From positions 1-64,000 of IMG/VR virus record IMGVR_UViG_3300033074_001354: 64,000 nt of DNA. One strand, given 5' to 3'. Below are positions 18,281 to 28,356 of the stretch, piece by piece. The translations under genes were made by a program, and so were the position numbers. How positions within the stretch are numbered: the first letter of the stretch is position 1; each line of letters begins with the position of its first letter. The notes beneath the pieces were generated by a model. It made no database searches. It was not told where the DNA came from and worked only from the letters and a program-made list of their open reading frames with translations. Source of the DNA: a virus (lineage: Duplodnaviria; Caudoviricetes).

Positions 18281-18958
18281 TCAGTGAAACAAATCAGAAT
18301 TTACAGCGTATGACCTTTGTATAAGATTGTTAGAAGCTGTAATAATTTTAGGGTGGGCGTGGGCTAATACCTGCTCAAACGAAGCTGTATGGGGTCGTGG
18401 AAGTCCGCAGCCATCAACTAAAAATTGGTGCCGCAACGGAAATGCTTTGCTCATTAAGTCTGGGTTCATCAAGAACAATCTCATGGATTCAGCAAAATCT
18501 TCTTCTATGTTAACCCTAGCATAAGACGATACAAAATCCCCAGATTCAGAATGCTTATAAACTTCTCTCCATACTGACCTCATCTGGTTAAACAGCTTAG
18601 TATCAAATATGGACTTTAAACTATACCAGATATGATGCCCTATTTCATGACACAAAACTCCGCTAACAGTACGGTCAACCTTATACCCAGGATACGACCA
18701 TAACCGAAATGCTGGTACTTTTACTGGTCTGGCACAATCTCTTGAATTAACAAACACGGAGCACTTGCTGGGGATGTAATATCCAGTATTACCTCCCCTG
18801 TTTCTATCGGCTATGACTATACTGGGAGGCTTCACACCTATGCCCTTCAGGTAGGCAGCACAATGTTCTGTTGCCATCTCTTCCAGATCCTTGATAGAAT
18901 GGGAAGAATGGTCAAAAACTAGAGGCTTATTACTTAAGCACAGCTCTTTTTTCATCAT
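18281..18958 (-). CDS. Zincin-type metallopeptidase-like protein
   Basis: VLCHEIGHHI (HExxH) and SSYARVNIEEDFAES. Confidence 0.7.
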   Translation of the reverse strand: MMKKELCLSNKPLVFDHSSHSIKDLEEMATEHCAAYLKGIGVKPPSIVIADRNRGGNTGYYIPSKCSVFVNSRDCARPVKVPAFRLWSYPGYKVDRTVSGVLCHEIGHHIWYSLKSIFDTKLFNQMRSVWREVYKHSESGDFVSSYARVNIEEDFAESMRLFLMNPDLMSKAFPLRHQFLVDGCGLPRPHTASFEQVLAHAHPKIITASNNLIQRSYAVNSDLFH

Positions 18959-19007
18959 CAATTAAAAAGAAACGCCAAACTTTTCTGTATCGACTGCATA
19001 TAGCAAA

Positions 19008-19039
19008 TCAGGGGAGTCAGCCGAAGCCAACTCCCCTGA
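19008..19039 (-). terminator. Terminator downstream of the major capsid gene
   Basis: TCAGGGGAGT/ACTCCCCTGA inverted repeat about 20 nt after the capsid stop. Confidence 0.7.
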
Positions 19040-19060
19040 GTCAATCTTTACTGCAGTAGA

Positions 19061-20509
19061 TTAGACGGAGACCGTCATTTCGCAAAACATTCCGTCATTG
19101 ATGCGCTTATATCCAACAGCACTCAAGAAACCTTTTTGCGCCTGTAAATCAGACGTGACCAAGGTAGGAGTGGAAAAAAGTGGAATATAGGGCGCAAAAA
19201 TAAACCCACTATTCAGGTAGTCAGATCCACGGAATCCGAAGTAGATCTTGGTGGAGGTCAAGAAAGGATCTTGAACAACCAACCGACCATCAAGACGACC
19301 AATTACGGTCGGCCCAGTCGGAACCACTTTTCCGAGGCTAGCATCCGGAACAAAATTCGGAGCTAACTGACGAATAACACGAGCACCGTCATTACCGCAC
19401 ACCAAGAAGGTGGCCATTGCGCGAAGGGTTTTCGCGAAGATGGCGTTGTTTCCCTTTTCGATGTAATCGATAAGCTGGAATTTCTTCCAAACCCACTCTT
19501 CACCTGCAGACGGCGTACCCGTCCAAGTACCAGGAGATGTAGCAGCTCCAGCCGAAGTGGCAGCAGCAACAATCTGCTCGATACCGTAATGGTCGATTTC
19601 AAATCGGATCGTACCAGCAAGGTACTTCACCAATTCATCTTCCATGATCAAGCCATGCGCTTTCTGCAAGTCGATGGCCGCACCCAAACCGTATTTAGCT
19701 TGGAGAGGGAAATCGATCGCTTCAACGGTCGAGCTCGTCAGGTTCAAATTAATTTGCGGCACGCCAGAAGTAGCAGCCGTAGCAAGACGATCATACACAT
19801 ACGAATATGCAGCCGTCGCACCAGTAACGGAAACTCCGAAATCAACGCTATACGCACCAGTCGTATACGTCACAGTTCCGTTCGAAACACCAGAAGTGTT
19901 AGAAACTAGAACACCAGAACCGTTATCAGTGAACGTAATACCGTTAGTAGCATTGCTAATGACGAGCGTACCTGCTTGAATATAAGGATACGCCACGTTG
20001 CCGGAACGGCTATTGCCAGAACCACCAAGCGATTCATCAGCGATCATAACGGACGCATAACGTTTTGCATCAGTTGACGTAGCTTGACCAGTCACGGAAC
20101 TAATAAGGGTATCACCAGAAGTGACGGAACCTTTAGTTTGACCAGCTAACACGTCCATGAAGAAAACTGCACCCGACCGACGATCAAGAGCTTGCACAGT
20201 TGCAATTTCATTAAGAACTAAGGAAGGCAACATCGCAGCAATAACAGGAAGCTGAATGCCCAAGAAATCGATGTTGTCCGAGTAAGTCGTTTCGAACATC
20301 TTGGATTTATGGCGTAAGCCAGTTTCGAGGGTAGCGTTTTCTAACAGCTGGGCAATGTTCCGCTTATCATAAATGGTAAGGGATTTGCCTTTCTTTGCGA
20401 GATGCTCGCTAACAGCACCAATATAATCGCCCCAAGCATTGACTAAATAGTCGGACTTGTTCTGCGATTCGTTTAAGCGGGACGAAATGATTTCGTTCAA
20501 TTTACTCAT
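19061..20509 (-). CDS. Major capsid protein (T4 gp23-like, HK97 fold)
   Basis: IATVQAL...GAVFFMD, VEAIDFPLQAKY...IDLQKAHGL..EDELVKYLAGTIRFEID, GFIFAPYIPL; distinct C-rich codon usage; follows the protease gene. Confidence 0.92.
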   Translation of the reverse strand: MSKLNEIISSRLNESQNKSDYLVNAWGDYIGAVSEHLAKKGKSLTIYDKRNIAQLLENATLETGLRHKSKMFETTYSDNIDFLGIQLPVIAAMLPSLVLNEIATVQALDRRSGAVFFMDVLAGQTKGSVTSGDTLISSVTGQATSTDAKRYASVMIADESLGGSGNSRSGNVAYPYIQAGTLVISNATNGITFTDNGSGVLVSNTSGVSNGTVTYTTGAYSVDFGVSVTGATAAYSYVYDRLATAATSGVPQINLNLTSSTVEAIDFPLQAKYGLGAAIDLQKAHGLIMEDELVKYLAGTIRFEIDHYGIEQIVAAATSAGAATSPGTWTGTPSAGEEWVWKKFQLIDYIEKGNNAIFAKTLRAMATFLVCGNDGARVIRQLAPNFVPDASLGKVVPTGPTVIGRLDGRLVVQDPFLTSTKIYFGFRGSDYLNSGFIFAPYIPLFSTPTLVTSDLQAQKGFLSAVGYKRINDGMFCEMTVSV

Positions 20510-20532
20510 TTTAGTATTCTCCAAAATTTAGG

Positions 20533-22977
20533 TTACGTATTTATGCCTTCGAAAGCCTTACCCACTCGCTCGAGTATCGGGTTTGGCCTCGTGTCAGTTT
20601 TTATTACCAGCGAACCTCGCGGAGCACTTGGAAATCCCAAGAAACTTTCAGCTAAGGTATCACGTACTGAATCGAACATCTTATCGACTTCAGCTTCTGA
20701 CTGACAATTTTGGAGAAGTCCTCGCAACGTCTCAGAAATCTTAAGTCCTCTATGCCGAGCGACGAAACTGGCATATTGTTCAAGCAGAGCCTTCTTATGC
20801 GATTCACGCAGTCCGTTCATCGCTTCGTCATGGCTCTTTTGCAATTTTTCAATTGCCACAACTTTTGAAGCAAGATCAGCATCAAGTGCCTTCTTCGCTT
20901 CCGTCATCTCTATAAATTGCATGTTTAGAGATTTTAACTGATTGTCTAAATTTTCTTTGATTTTTCGTAGTTCAATAACATCTGCTGTATATGCCACGGC
21001 ATCACTGCCATATGCAGAACTCATCTCTGCCAATTGACTCGTCAACTCGTTGATCTTCGCTTGTGCTTCAGCCAATTGAATAGCTTGATTCTTTACCTTC
21101 TCCAACATTGCCTGAATGTTTTCTGGATCCGCTGGATTCTTCTTCATGTCAGGTAATCGACCCTCTTTCACGCCTTCCTCCAAGTTTTGATCTTCAAGTT
21201 CTCTCTCAATAGCAGTTTCCATTTTACCAGGAATATCGTTTAACTTATTGTTATTTGAATCCCACACGCCTTCGATCCTCACATCTTCTATAAACCGTGC
21301 CCGACGACCTCTACGACCATCAGCGTCAGCTCCATAATTATTATCATACTGAAGTTTGTATGAAACCTCTGCTGTATACTCTTCTCCTTCATACTCAAAC
21401 GAGAATTCTGTAGATCCTTCAAGCAATTGTCCAACTGACTCATTGGCAGCGTATGCATATTTCACGCCTGTAACTTCGCCGTTCTCCAGATGTATGTATC
21501 TGGGAAGAGAATAAAATACCTTATCAGCATCTTGCTTACGCACCTTGATCTTATCAACTTCACCGCCAAGTATCTGCATGCCTTTCAGATCGCTCTCATC
21601 CACCTCTGTCTCCTCAACAAAGACACCGTCCTTATAGGCAGAGACCTTCACTTTGTTCTCGTTGACAGATTCTTTGGACTCATTAAACGATTCAACATCC
21701 GTAATAGGAATTTCGAATCTCTCATTCCCATTAACAATAGTGATCATTACGTCTTTGGCACCTGGCTTGTCAAGTTCAACTTTTTCAACCGTCCACTTCT
21801 TGCCCTTATACGTAACTTCTTCACCAATTTGAATCTTGGCGTTCTTGTCAGTTTCAGAGACAGCGGACTCTGCTGAGATTTCATTTTTTATGCCGAGAGC
21901 TGTGTTTATGATCTCTACAGACTCATCATTTACTGCAGTATGCATATTATAGGATTTCATAAACTGTTCAGCCATACCAGCACTAACACCCATCTTCTTC
22001 ATGATCATATCCTTAACATTGTCTCTGTGATCAGCAGGTATTTCTCTATCGCTAGATGCGTTATGATGCTTAGCTAATACGCCTCCCTCTTCCTTGATAT
22101 GAGCTTCACCAACCGGGGGCTTCTGACCATTCAATTTACCTTCATCTGGCTCCACTTCGAGCTTATCAGTCTGAACTTTCTTCTCAGCATCTTTCTCAGT
22201 GGAAATTGGAGAATTCTGAACTTTGGATGGATCAGTGCCAGTCTGGCCTTTGTTAGCATCAGACGGCTGGGTCGTGCCAGTGTTCTGGGCAGTAGGAGCA
22301 TTTTCAGAAATAGAAGCAACGAAAGCCTTTGCTTCCTGAGTGTTAACCCTCTCCAGAAGTGCGACTGCGCCTTTACGGTCCAACACGTGGGCTTCGTACC
22401 CTTGCTTCACAGCACGGAGGATCTTCTCAGGTTCGGTGTTGAAGCATGAAGGATCGCCAGTGTGATCGATCGTGGCAAAACGGTATGACTCAGGAATCAC
22501 TTCGAAGTATTTATCACCAGTGGCTTCCTCAACGCATTCACGCATCTCACCTTCAGCACGAGTAGATGCTCCAACCTGAACACCTGCTTCATGAAGAGTA
22601 TAGATGAATTTACCTGCTTCAGTAGGCAGGATATCGAAATCAGCTTTAACAGAATTGGTAGCCTCATCGATCCACATATTTGATACGATGTGTGAGCAAG
22701 TGTCTTTATCCAACTTTACTTGAACTTGTGAAGGATGTTCCTGATCGCCGAGGATCGTGCGCTTCTCTATCTTAGACTTGAACTGAGGATCATTAAACAC
22801 TCTTTCCCACAATGCCCTAGAATACTTGCGCTTGTTCTGGTTGAGCTTGTCAATCTCGCAAATAGTGCGAGTCACTCGAGCTATGATGCCAGGAGGCAGC
22901 TTCGCAGGATCTTTTTCGAAGCCAGTAATTTCAGAAAGGATTTGCTCGTTCAGTTGGACTAACTTATTCTTGGGCAT
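20533..22977 (-). CDS. Prohead protease (gp21-like) fused to internal modules and a C-terminal coiled-coil scaffold
   Basis: NQNKRKYS, LGDQEHP, SHIV, VGASTRAEG, TIDHTGDPS; C-terminal heptad region; lies directly upstream of the capsid gene. Confidence 0.85.
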   Translation of the reverse strand: MPKNKLVQLNEQILSEITGFEKDPAKLPPGIIARVTRTICEIDKLNQNKRKYSRALWERVFNDPQFKSKIEKRTILGDQEHPSQVQVKLDKDTCSHIVSNMWIDEATNSVKADFDILPTEAGKFIYTLHEAGVQVGASTRAEGEMRECVEEATGDKYFEVIPESYRFATIDHTGDPSCFNTEPEKILRAVKQGYEAHVLDRKGAVALLERVNTQEAKAFVASISENAPTAQNTGTTQPSDANKGQTGTDPSKVQNSPISTEKDAEKKVQTDKLEVEPDEGKLNGQKPPVGEAHIKEEGGVLAKHHNASSDREIPADHRDNVKDMIMKKMGVSAGMAEQFMKSYNMHTAVNDESVEIINTALGIKNEISAESAVSETDKNAKIQIGEEVTYKGKKWTVEKVELDKPGAKDVMITIVNGNERFEIPITDVESFNESKESVNENKVKVSAYKDGVFVEETEVDESDLKGMQILGGEVDKIKVRKQDADKVFYSLPRYIHLENGEVTGVKYAYAANESVGQLLEGSTEFSFEYEGEEYTAEVSYKLQYDNNYGADADGRRGRRARFIEDVRIEGVWDSNNNKLNDIPGKMETAIERELEDQNLEEGVKEGRLPDMKKNPADPENIQAMLEKVKNQAIQLAEAQAKINELTSQLAEMSSAYGSDAVAYTADVIELRKIKENLDNQLKSLNMQFIEMTEAKKALDADLASKVVAIEKLQKSHDEAMNGLRESHKKALLEQYASFVARHRGLKISETLRGLLQNCQSEAEVDKMFDSVRDTLAESFLGFPSAPRGSLVIKTDTRPNPILERVGKAFEGINT

Positions 22978-22979
22978 GT

Positions 22980-23360
22980 TTAACTCCTATGATTAACACT
23001 GTCTATAATAGATCTGCCATTGTCATCTACCACAAAATCTATGCGGCCTACTCCAGCTGACATTATTGTTCTAGTAACTTTTTGCAATAGATCACTGGGA
23101 ATATTGCCAAATCTAGAGGCATAAATCATAAGATATTTATCTCCATTGCTGACAAATACTCTGCCTTTCATCCAGCCTTTTGTCTCTTTTCTGGCCTCTT
23201 CCGAAAAGAATCTTTTATCTAAGTGCCCTTCGGCATCCTCAGCATCAGCCATCTCTAATTTGTCACTAGGAACATGATACCACCAAATGTGCCTGGCGTT
23301 TTCTTTGCTATGTGCAAGCCAAAATGTATCTTCAAGAAGAACTTTTAATAGATCTGACAT
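22980..23360 (-). CDS. Hypothetical head-region protein
   Basis: 126-aa ORF inside the head operon. Confidence 0.65.
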   Translation of the reverse strand: MSDLLKVLLEDTFWLAHSKENARHIWWYHVPSDKLEMADAEDAEGHLDKRFFSEEARKETKGWMKGRVFVSNGDKYLMIYASRFGNIPSDLLQKVTRTIMSAGVGRIDFVVDDNGRSIIDSVNHRS

Positions 23361-23361
23361 A

Positions 23362-23922
23362 TTATTGGCTGATCAAATATGCAATTGGCACGCCGATTGA
23401 AGTCCAGAAGGCGAGCTCGCAAAATTTCCATCTAAAATAATTTGCTGTTGCTTTTATGTTGCTTAGCGTAGTAAATAATCCGATAACGACAAATGGTAAT
23501 ATAGCAAGAAATAAACTCAACGCAACCATCTTTAGTATAAATCCAATTAGAGTGACGATGCCTCCTGCTAGCAATCCCAACACCCATACCCATGCCCAAT
23601 TAATCCAGTTGCCTGGAATGCTATCTCCCTTTAATGTCATAGGGAGACTTGCCCATATGCCTAATGATGCAGCCACAGCAATTAACCAGTACCACTGCAC
23701 ACCTGCCATCGACCACAAAGCGTAAGCCGTAATGGCTGGTGCGATGAAGCGTCTAGAAGCCTTCCACCACGTGCCACCGACTATGCCAATAAGACTTAAC
23801 GTGGGCACTAAGAACCATGCTAATTCCTTATCAGTAGGAGGAGCCCATACAATTGCATCGTATATACATAGCACAGTAATTGCTACTATGCTCGCCCACT
23901 TCTTAATCGTATCATTAATCAT
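23362..23922 (-). CDS. Multi-pass membrane protein
   Basis: Several long hydrophobic segments. Confidence 0.7.
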   Translation of the reverse strand: MINDTIKKWASIVAITVLCIYDAIVWAPPTDKELAWFLVPTLSLIGIVGGTWWKASRRFIAPAITAYALWSMAGVQWYWLIAVAASLGIWASLPMTLKGDSIPGNWINWAWVWVLGLLAGGIVTLIGFILKMVALSLFLAILPFVVIGLFTTLSNIKATANYFRWKFCELAFWTSIGVPIAYLISQ

Positions 23923-26152
23923 TTAACATCATCCCAAGCATACGAGTCACGTCTTCATCTAGCTTGCATTCTCGTAGGCCAAATTCAATATGCCGTCCAT
24001 TATTACCTTCACCTGCAAATGCAACCATCGTATCATCATTCTCATCAATCCAGAAATTCTGGAACTCACGAAGATCAAATCTGCCATCAAGCCAATTGTG
24101 CTCACTCGCAGAGGCAATCTCGTATCGGCCAGTCTTTAGAATCTTAGCAAATGTATCAATATCTAAAGAACGATACGAAACTCCCTCTTTGAGCTGGAAT
24201 TGTTTATTCAACTTGGCAACATGCTTGGACTCAACGGCTACTAACTCATCAAATGACGCTTCGCTCTTATCACTCAACTCATAGCTATGATCGCCTTTAG
24301 GATTTCCATGAACTGCTACAACTGTGAAGCATTCATCACTGCCGTTCTTGCACACCTTATCACCAACTTCAAAATGATCCTCGTTGATGGACTCATTTTT
24401 ACGAGGAAGAATTTCAACTTTATCTCCACGATCAAACTCTACATCTTGTCCGTCTTCAAACCAAACATGTATAATTTCGTCTTCATCATCAATATCTGCT
24501 ACTTCAGCTTCATCATCCATATATACAACAACATCACCTGGAACTAACTTTTCAACTTTTATCAAACGTATTTTGTTATCTTTCTTTGCTTCATCCAATT
24601 TATCAAAATACTCCCAAGCTGTTTTGCCTTTGATGAAAGATGAGTCCATGAACTCTGCTTCAAAATACTTCTTTAGCTCATCCTTGTCCTTACCCTCTGG
24701 CAATCTAGCAATAGACAATCTGAACCTCACTATCCTGTTATACTGAGGATCGGACGCTGTCATCATGTAGTCAGCTATCTTGTCATATACTGCCTTTGCT
24801 TCAGGTGACGACAACTGAGGATCGTATGACTCATTGACAGACTCTTTCACTTTAGAGTAGCATGCTTTGCAAACATACTCATCAGTGTCTTTCAAATGGG
24901 CAGTCATCTCATCGCCTTTTCCACACTTGTCACACTGTGGTGTATACTTGAATATGTCATCCTCTTGTTTTGTTGATTCTAACTGCTTAGACTTCATACC
25001 TTCATACTGCTTAGCAGTAATGACCTCGTCACGACGATCAACATTATAGTATGTCTTGCCACCATCTGTACTAAACAGAGCAGGGTTGCGCTTGCATTGG
25101 AACAATGAAATATCAGCGCCAACAACATCTTTACCATATTTCTCGACGCAATTAAACCACTCTTCAGGATTGTTAGTGATCTCCGTCAATGCTTCATACC
25201 TCAACAACTTCTCAAGCAATTGAACAGTCATGGCAGCAGAGAAACCACTATGCCCCTGCTTAGCAAATATCTCAACGATATCAAGAACTGCCTCGCCCAA
25301 CATGCCATTATAGTCAGAATCTTTATCGAGCAATCCTGCCAGTTTCAATTCCGTAAGAGCATGCTGGTATAGATTGGACTTCTCTTTTTCCCAGGAGCCA
25401 TCAGCTTCTTTAATAGGTAGATACTTATCTTTCCAAATCTTCTCAGCAACTGCCTTAATTGATTCCAACTGATCAGAGTTCGGACTGTCCCCCTCCTGCG
25501 GAGGCAACTCGTCTGCGTCCTCCGCAGGAGTTTCATCTTGTGGTTCATCCGTTGGTTCACCATCTGGCATTGTCTTCGTGGCCTCATCCTCTTCCTCAGC
25601 ATATGGGAGGATGTAATCATTCACAATATCATACGACACCATGTCAATATCAAGCTTACTAATAGCATTGTTCAGAAATGCAATGAATCCGGCATCATCA
25701 GTAGGAGTAGGCTCTGAGTAAACTTCATGCTTCTCTGCGTTCTTAATCGTTACCTTGCCTTCTTCCTTTTCGATGTAGAAGAATTCGCCAGCCTTCGATC
25801 CAAGCAACTGATTCTCATCCTTGTCGGAGGCTTCATCATCTTCATCCTTCTTGACATCCACGGTAGTTTTGACTTCAACTTTGTCTCCTTCTCCTGCAGA
25901 CACGGCAGGACTTGGATTGTCAGCATCAGGTGGATTGGGATCTGTTTCAGAATCTTCTACGAATTCATCTCCTTCTGGGGAGTCCTCGGCAGGATCTTCA
26001 ACGGAAACATCTTCCTCACTATCTTCATCTGGAATGTCAGAATCTTCAATGTCTCCTTCTACATCGTCTTCGAGATCGTCATCATCATCTGCCTCGTTGA
26101 CTCGTGCGTTCAGTGCTCTGAGCTTTTCGAACAATTCGCTAGTATCTGACAT
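23915..26152 (-). CDS. Large acidic mosaic protein, probable internal head/core protein
   Basis: D/E-rich N-terminus, an embedded FAKQGHSGFSA domain, a CxxC..CxxC finger and SH3-like modules separated by xxE-S/A motifs. Confidence 0.7.
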   Translation of the reverse strand: MSDTSELFEKLRALNARVNEADDDDDLEDDVEGDIEDSDIPDEDSEEDVSVEDPAEDSPEGDEFVEDSETDPNPPDADNPSPAVSAGEGDKVEVKTTVDVKKDEDDEASDKDENQLLGSKAGEFFYIEKEEGKVTIKNAEKHEVYSEPTPTDDAGFIAFLNNAISKLDIDMVSYDIVNDYILPYAEEEDEATKTMPDGEPTDEPQDETPAEDADELPPQEGDSPNSDQLESIKAVAEKIWKDKYLPIKEADGSWEKEKSNLYQHALTELKLAGLLDKDSDYNGMLGEAVLDIVEIFAKQGHSGFSAAMTVQLLEKLLRYEALTEITNNPEEWFNCVEKYGKDVVGADISLFQCKRNPALFSTDGGKTYYNVDRRDEVITAKQYEGMKSKQLESTKQEDDIFKYTPQCDKCGKGDEMTAHLKDTDEYVCKACYSKVKESVNESYDPQLSSPEAKAVYDKIADYMMTASDPQYNRIVRFRLSIARLPEGKDKDELKKYFEAEFMDSSFIKGKTAWEYFDKLDEAKKDNKIRLIKVEKLVPGDVVVYMDDEAEVADIDDEDEIIHVWFEDGQDVEFDRGDKVEILPRKNESINEDHFEVGDKVCKNGSDECFTVVAVHGNPKGDHSYELSDKSEASFDELVAVESKHVAKLNKQFQLKEGVSYRSLDIDTFAKILKTGRYEIASASEHNWLDGRFDLREFQNFWIDENDDTMVAFAGEGNNGRHIEFGLRECKLDEDVTRMLGMMLND

Positions 26153-26419
26153 ATGACTCCTCTGTATAATGTAAGGTCTTACCTTACCTAACTTGCCGTT
26201 GATCCCCGGCGTTCATAATCTTACAAATGGGCATAATTCCTCTCATAAAATGAAAGGAATTAATCATGCCAAAATCAACTTTAATAGACTTCTCAGTAAT
26301 CGACATCAACAGCCTTCTATTTGTGCCCTGCGTAATATGCAGATATCCTAATAATCCAGCTGCACCGTATTGTCGTAACTGCTATCATGAAACAAATGAA
26401 TCAGAAAGTGCTGCCTAAT

Positions 26420-27754
26420 TTATTTCTTTGGCCCAGAATACCACTCTTTGTCACTAAGTCTCTTAGCAATAGTGACAAAGAACTCTTTGCGATCATCTGT
26501 GCTAAGACCATCAGCATGCTCAATAACTGCAGCTAACGCCTTATCTAAAGCTTTCTCCAGTGATTCATAGTTGCCTTTAGCCTCATCAACAATTTCTTCA
26601 TCATTCTCTTCATCACCAGATACTTCAGCATCTGTCTCAGGCTCGATGTCATCGTTAGCAGGAAGATCAACATCCACCAACTCTTCCTCTTCAGCTGCCA
26701 CTTCGTCATCAGCATACTCTGCTTCAACTTCAATTTGGCCAAGCTCTATACGTGCCTTACGTCTATCATATGCTGACTTGAGAGCAGTCACCTGATCAGC
26801 ATTCAACTCTGCCTTGATGCCTGACTTCTCGATCTTGTCCATTGTATCTTCAAGATCTTGAACAGAAGTTGTCTTATGAATCTTACGAAGCAAAGACATT
26901 GCCTTCTTATTGTCAGCTTCCTCTTTCTTCTCAGTGAGAGCATCTATATTCTTTGACATATTTGACTCACATGCACATTTATCAGCATGCTTGTTGCAGC
27001 CCTTGCACATCTTTTTCCTGTATGTCTTGGACTCTTCAGCTGACGCAGGAGTATCAGCAACCTTGTCGCCTTCATCCTTCAACTTCACCTCATCATTCTT
27101 TCCTTCCTGCTCGGCATTGACCACAACTTCTACATCCGTGCCGTTACCCTTTGGCGTGTCAGTAGTCACCGTATTAGGAGCAGCTGCATCTGCTGCTGCA
27201 GATTTGGCATCTTGTCCTGTGCCATCGCCAGCAGGAGCTGGAGCGTCAGCAGACTCAGTAGCACCAGCGCCCATAGTAGTTCCATCATCCTTCTTAGGAT
27301 CATCTTGGGCTTCACCATCTGTTCCATCGGAAGTCTTAGGCGTAGAATCCTTCTGATGACCTGGCTTAATATCCGATGCACCAGCAGAACCAGAAGTCTT
27401 AGCCTTCGGATCATCTTGTGCTCCATCTGGATGATCATCAGGATTCTTCAACCCAGCATCTTCAACTGAGTCAACAACTTTGCCATCTACCATTTTACCC
27501 TTTACTGCCTGGGATACGATGACGTTCTCACCCATGAAAGAATTGAGCATGTCTCCAAAATCATTGCCATCAGATGGCTCAGGCACTTGTTCTTGAATAT
27601 CAGATTCTTGAACATCAGATTTCTTAGTTTCATCTTTGGATTCTTTGACAACTTTGCCTTCGATGATCTTACCAGATTTAGCACGAGATGGGATAACATT
27701 GTTACCCATAAAATCATTTAGTAATTCATTAAACATTTCGCTCATTTTATTCAT
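26420..27754 (-). CDS. Acidic disordered head/core protein with internal repeats
   Basis: Repeats LNDFMGNNVIPS..KSGK / LNSFMGENVIVS..KGK and AQDDPK x2. Confidence 0.7.
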   Translation of the reverse strand: MNKMSEMFNELLNDFMGNNVIPSRAKSGKIIEGKVVKESKDETKKSDVQESDIQEQVPEPSDGNDFGDMLNSFMGENVIVSQAVKGKMVDGKVVDSVEDAGLKNPDDHPDGAQDDPKAKTSGSAGASDIKPGHQKDSTPKTSDGTDGEAQDDPKKDDGTTMGAGATESADAPAPAGDGTGQDAKSAAADAAAPNTVTTDTPKGNGTDVEVVVNAEQEGKNDEVKLKDEGDKVADTPASAEESKTYRKKMCKGCNKHADKCACESNMSKNIDALTEKKEEADNKKAMSLLRKIHKTTSVQDLEDTMDKIEKSGIKAELNADQVTALKSAYDRRKARIELGQIEVEAEYADDEVAAEEEELVDVDLPANDDIEPETDAEVSGDEENDEEIVDEAKGNYESLEKALDKALAAVIEHADGLSTDDRKEFFVTIAKRLSDKEWYSGPKK

Positions 27755-28341
27755 TTCTCCGTGAGATTAATTATCGTTTTATTGCTTTCTCTATCTGAGA
27801 ACTCCAACTGTGTGGCAAACACTTCGACACTATCATCTAAATCGATAGTCTGCAAATACTTCTTAGCTGTTCCTGCCTTCAGATATGCTAGAGTCATATG
27901 AGGTATGTATTCCTTATATGTGTTAGTATGTGGCAACTCCTTTAGCATATCATTTAACCTATAGCACAGCTTTGATTCTACTTCCATTGCCAGTACATCG
28001 TATCTTTGACCAGGATAGTATTTGTCCTCTTTATTCTCAAATGCTATCACTGAACAAATATTCATCTTTACTGGACCCGTGTCTTTGACCATGTTCTTTA
28101 CTGTCTGTGGATCATCATCATGCAATCCATACAGCACTGTCACATGTAGATGATGCTCGATCCCGTACTTCCCATTTGAACCCTTTGGGTCAAATACATC
28201 ATCTGGATCTATACTGTCCTGAAACTTCTCCTTCAAATACTCAGAACTCTTATCAGGAATAAGAAGCATAGCGCAAGCATACTTACGCTGACCATCGTTC
28301 TCCTGTATCGACATCAATCTTTCTAACAATTCTTCAATCAT
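27751..28341 (-). CDS. 2H phosphoesterase, T4 gp57B/Acb1-like
   Basis: Two HxT motifs: LHVTVLYGL and YIPHMTLAY. Confidence 0.75.
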   Translation of the reverse strand: MIEELLERLMSIQENDGQRKYACAMLLIPDKSSEYLKEKFQDSIDPDDVFDPKGSNGKYGIEHHLHVTVLYGLHDDDPQTVKNMVKDTGPVKMNICSVIAFENKEDKYYPGQRYDVLAMEVESKLCYRLNDMLKELPHTNTYKEYIPHMTLAYLKAGTAKKYLQTIDLDDSVEVFATQLEFSDRESNKTIINLTEK

Positions 28342-28356
28342 ACAAACACCAGTGTG

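Noticed and set aside
26160-26415. Gap between head genes as possible ncRNA or ORF
   Set aside because: It holds only a weak 40-codon ORF with no convincing stems or motif.
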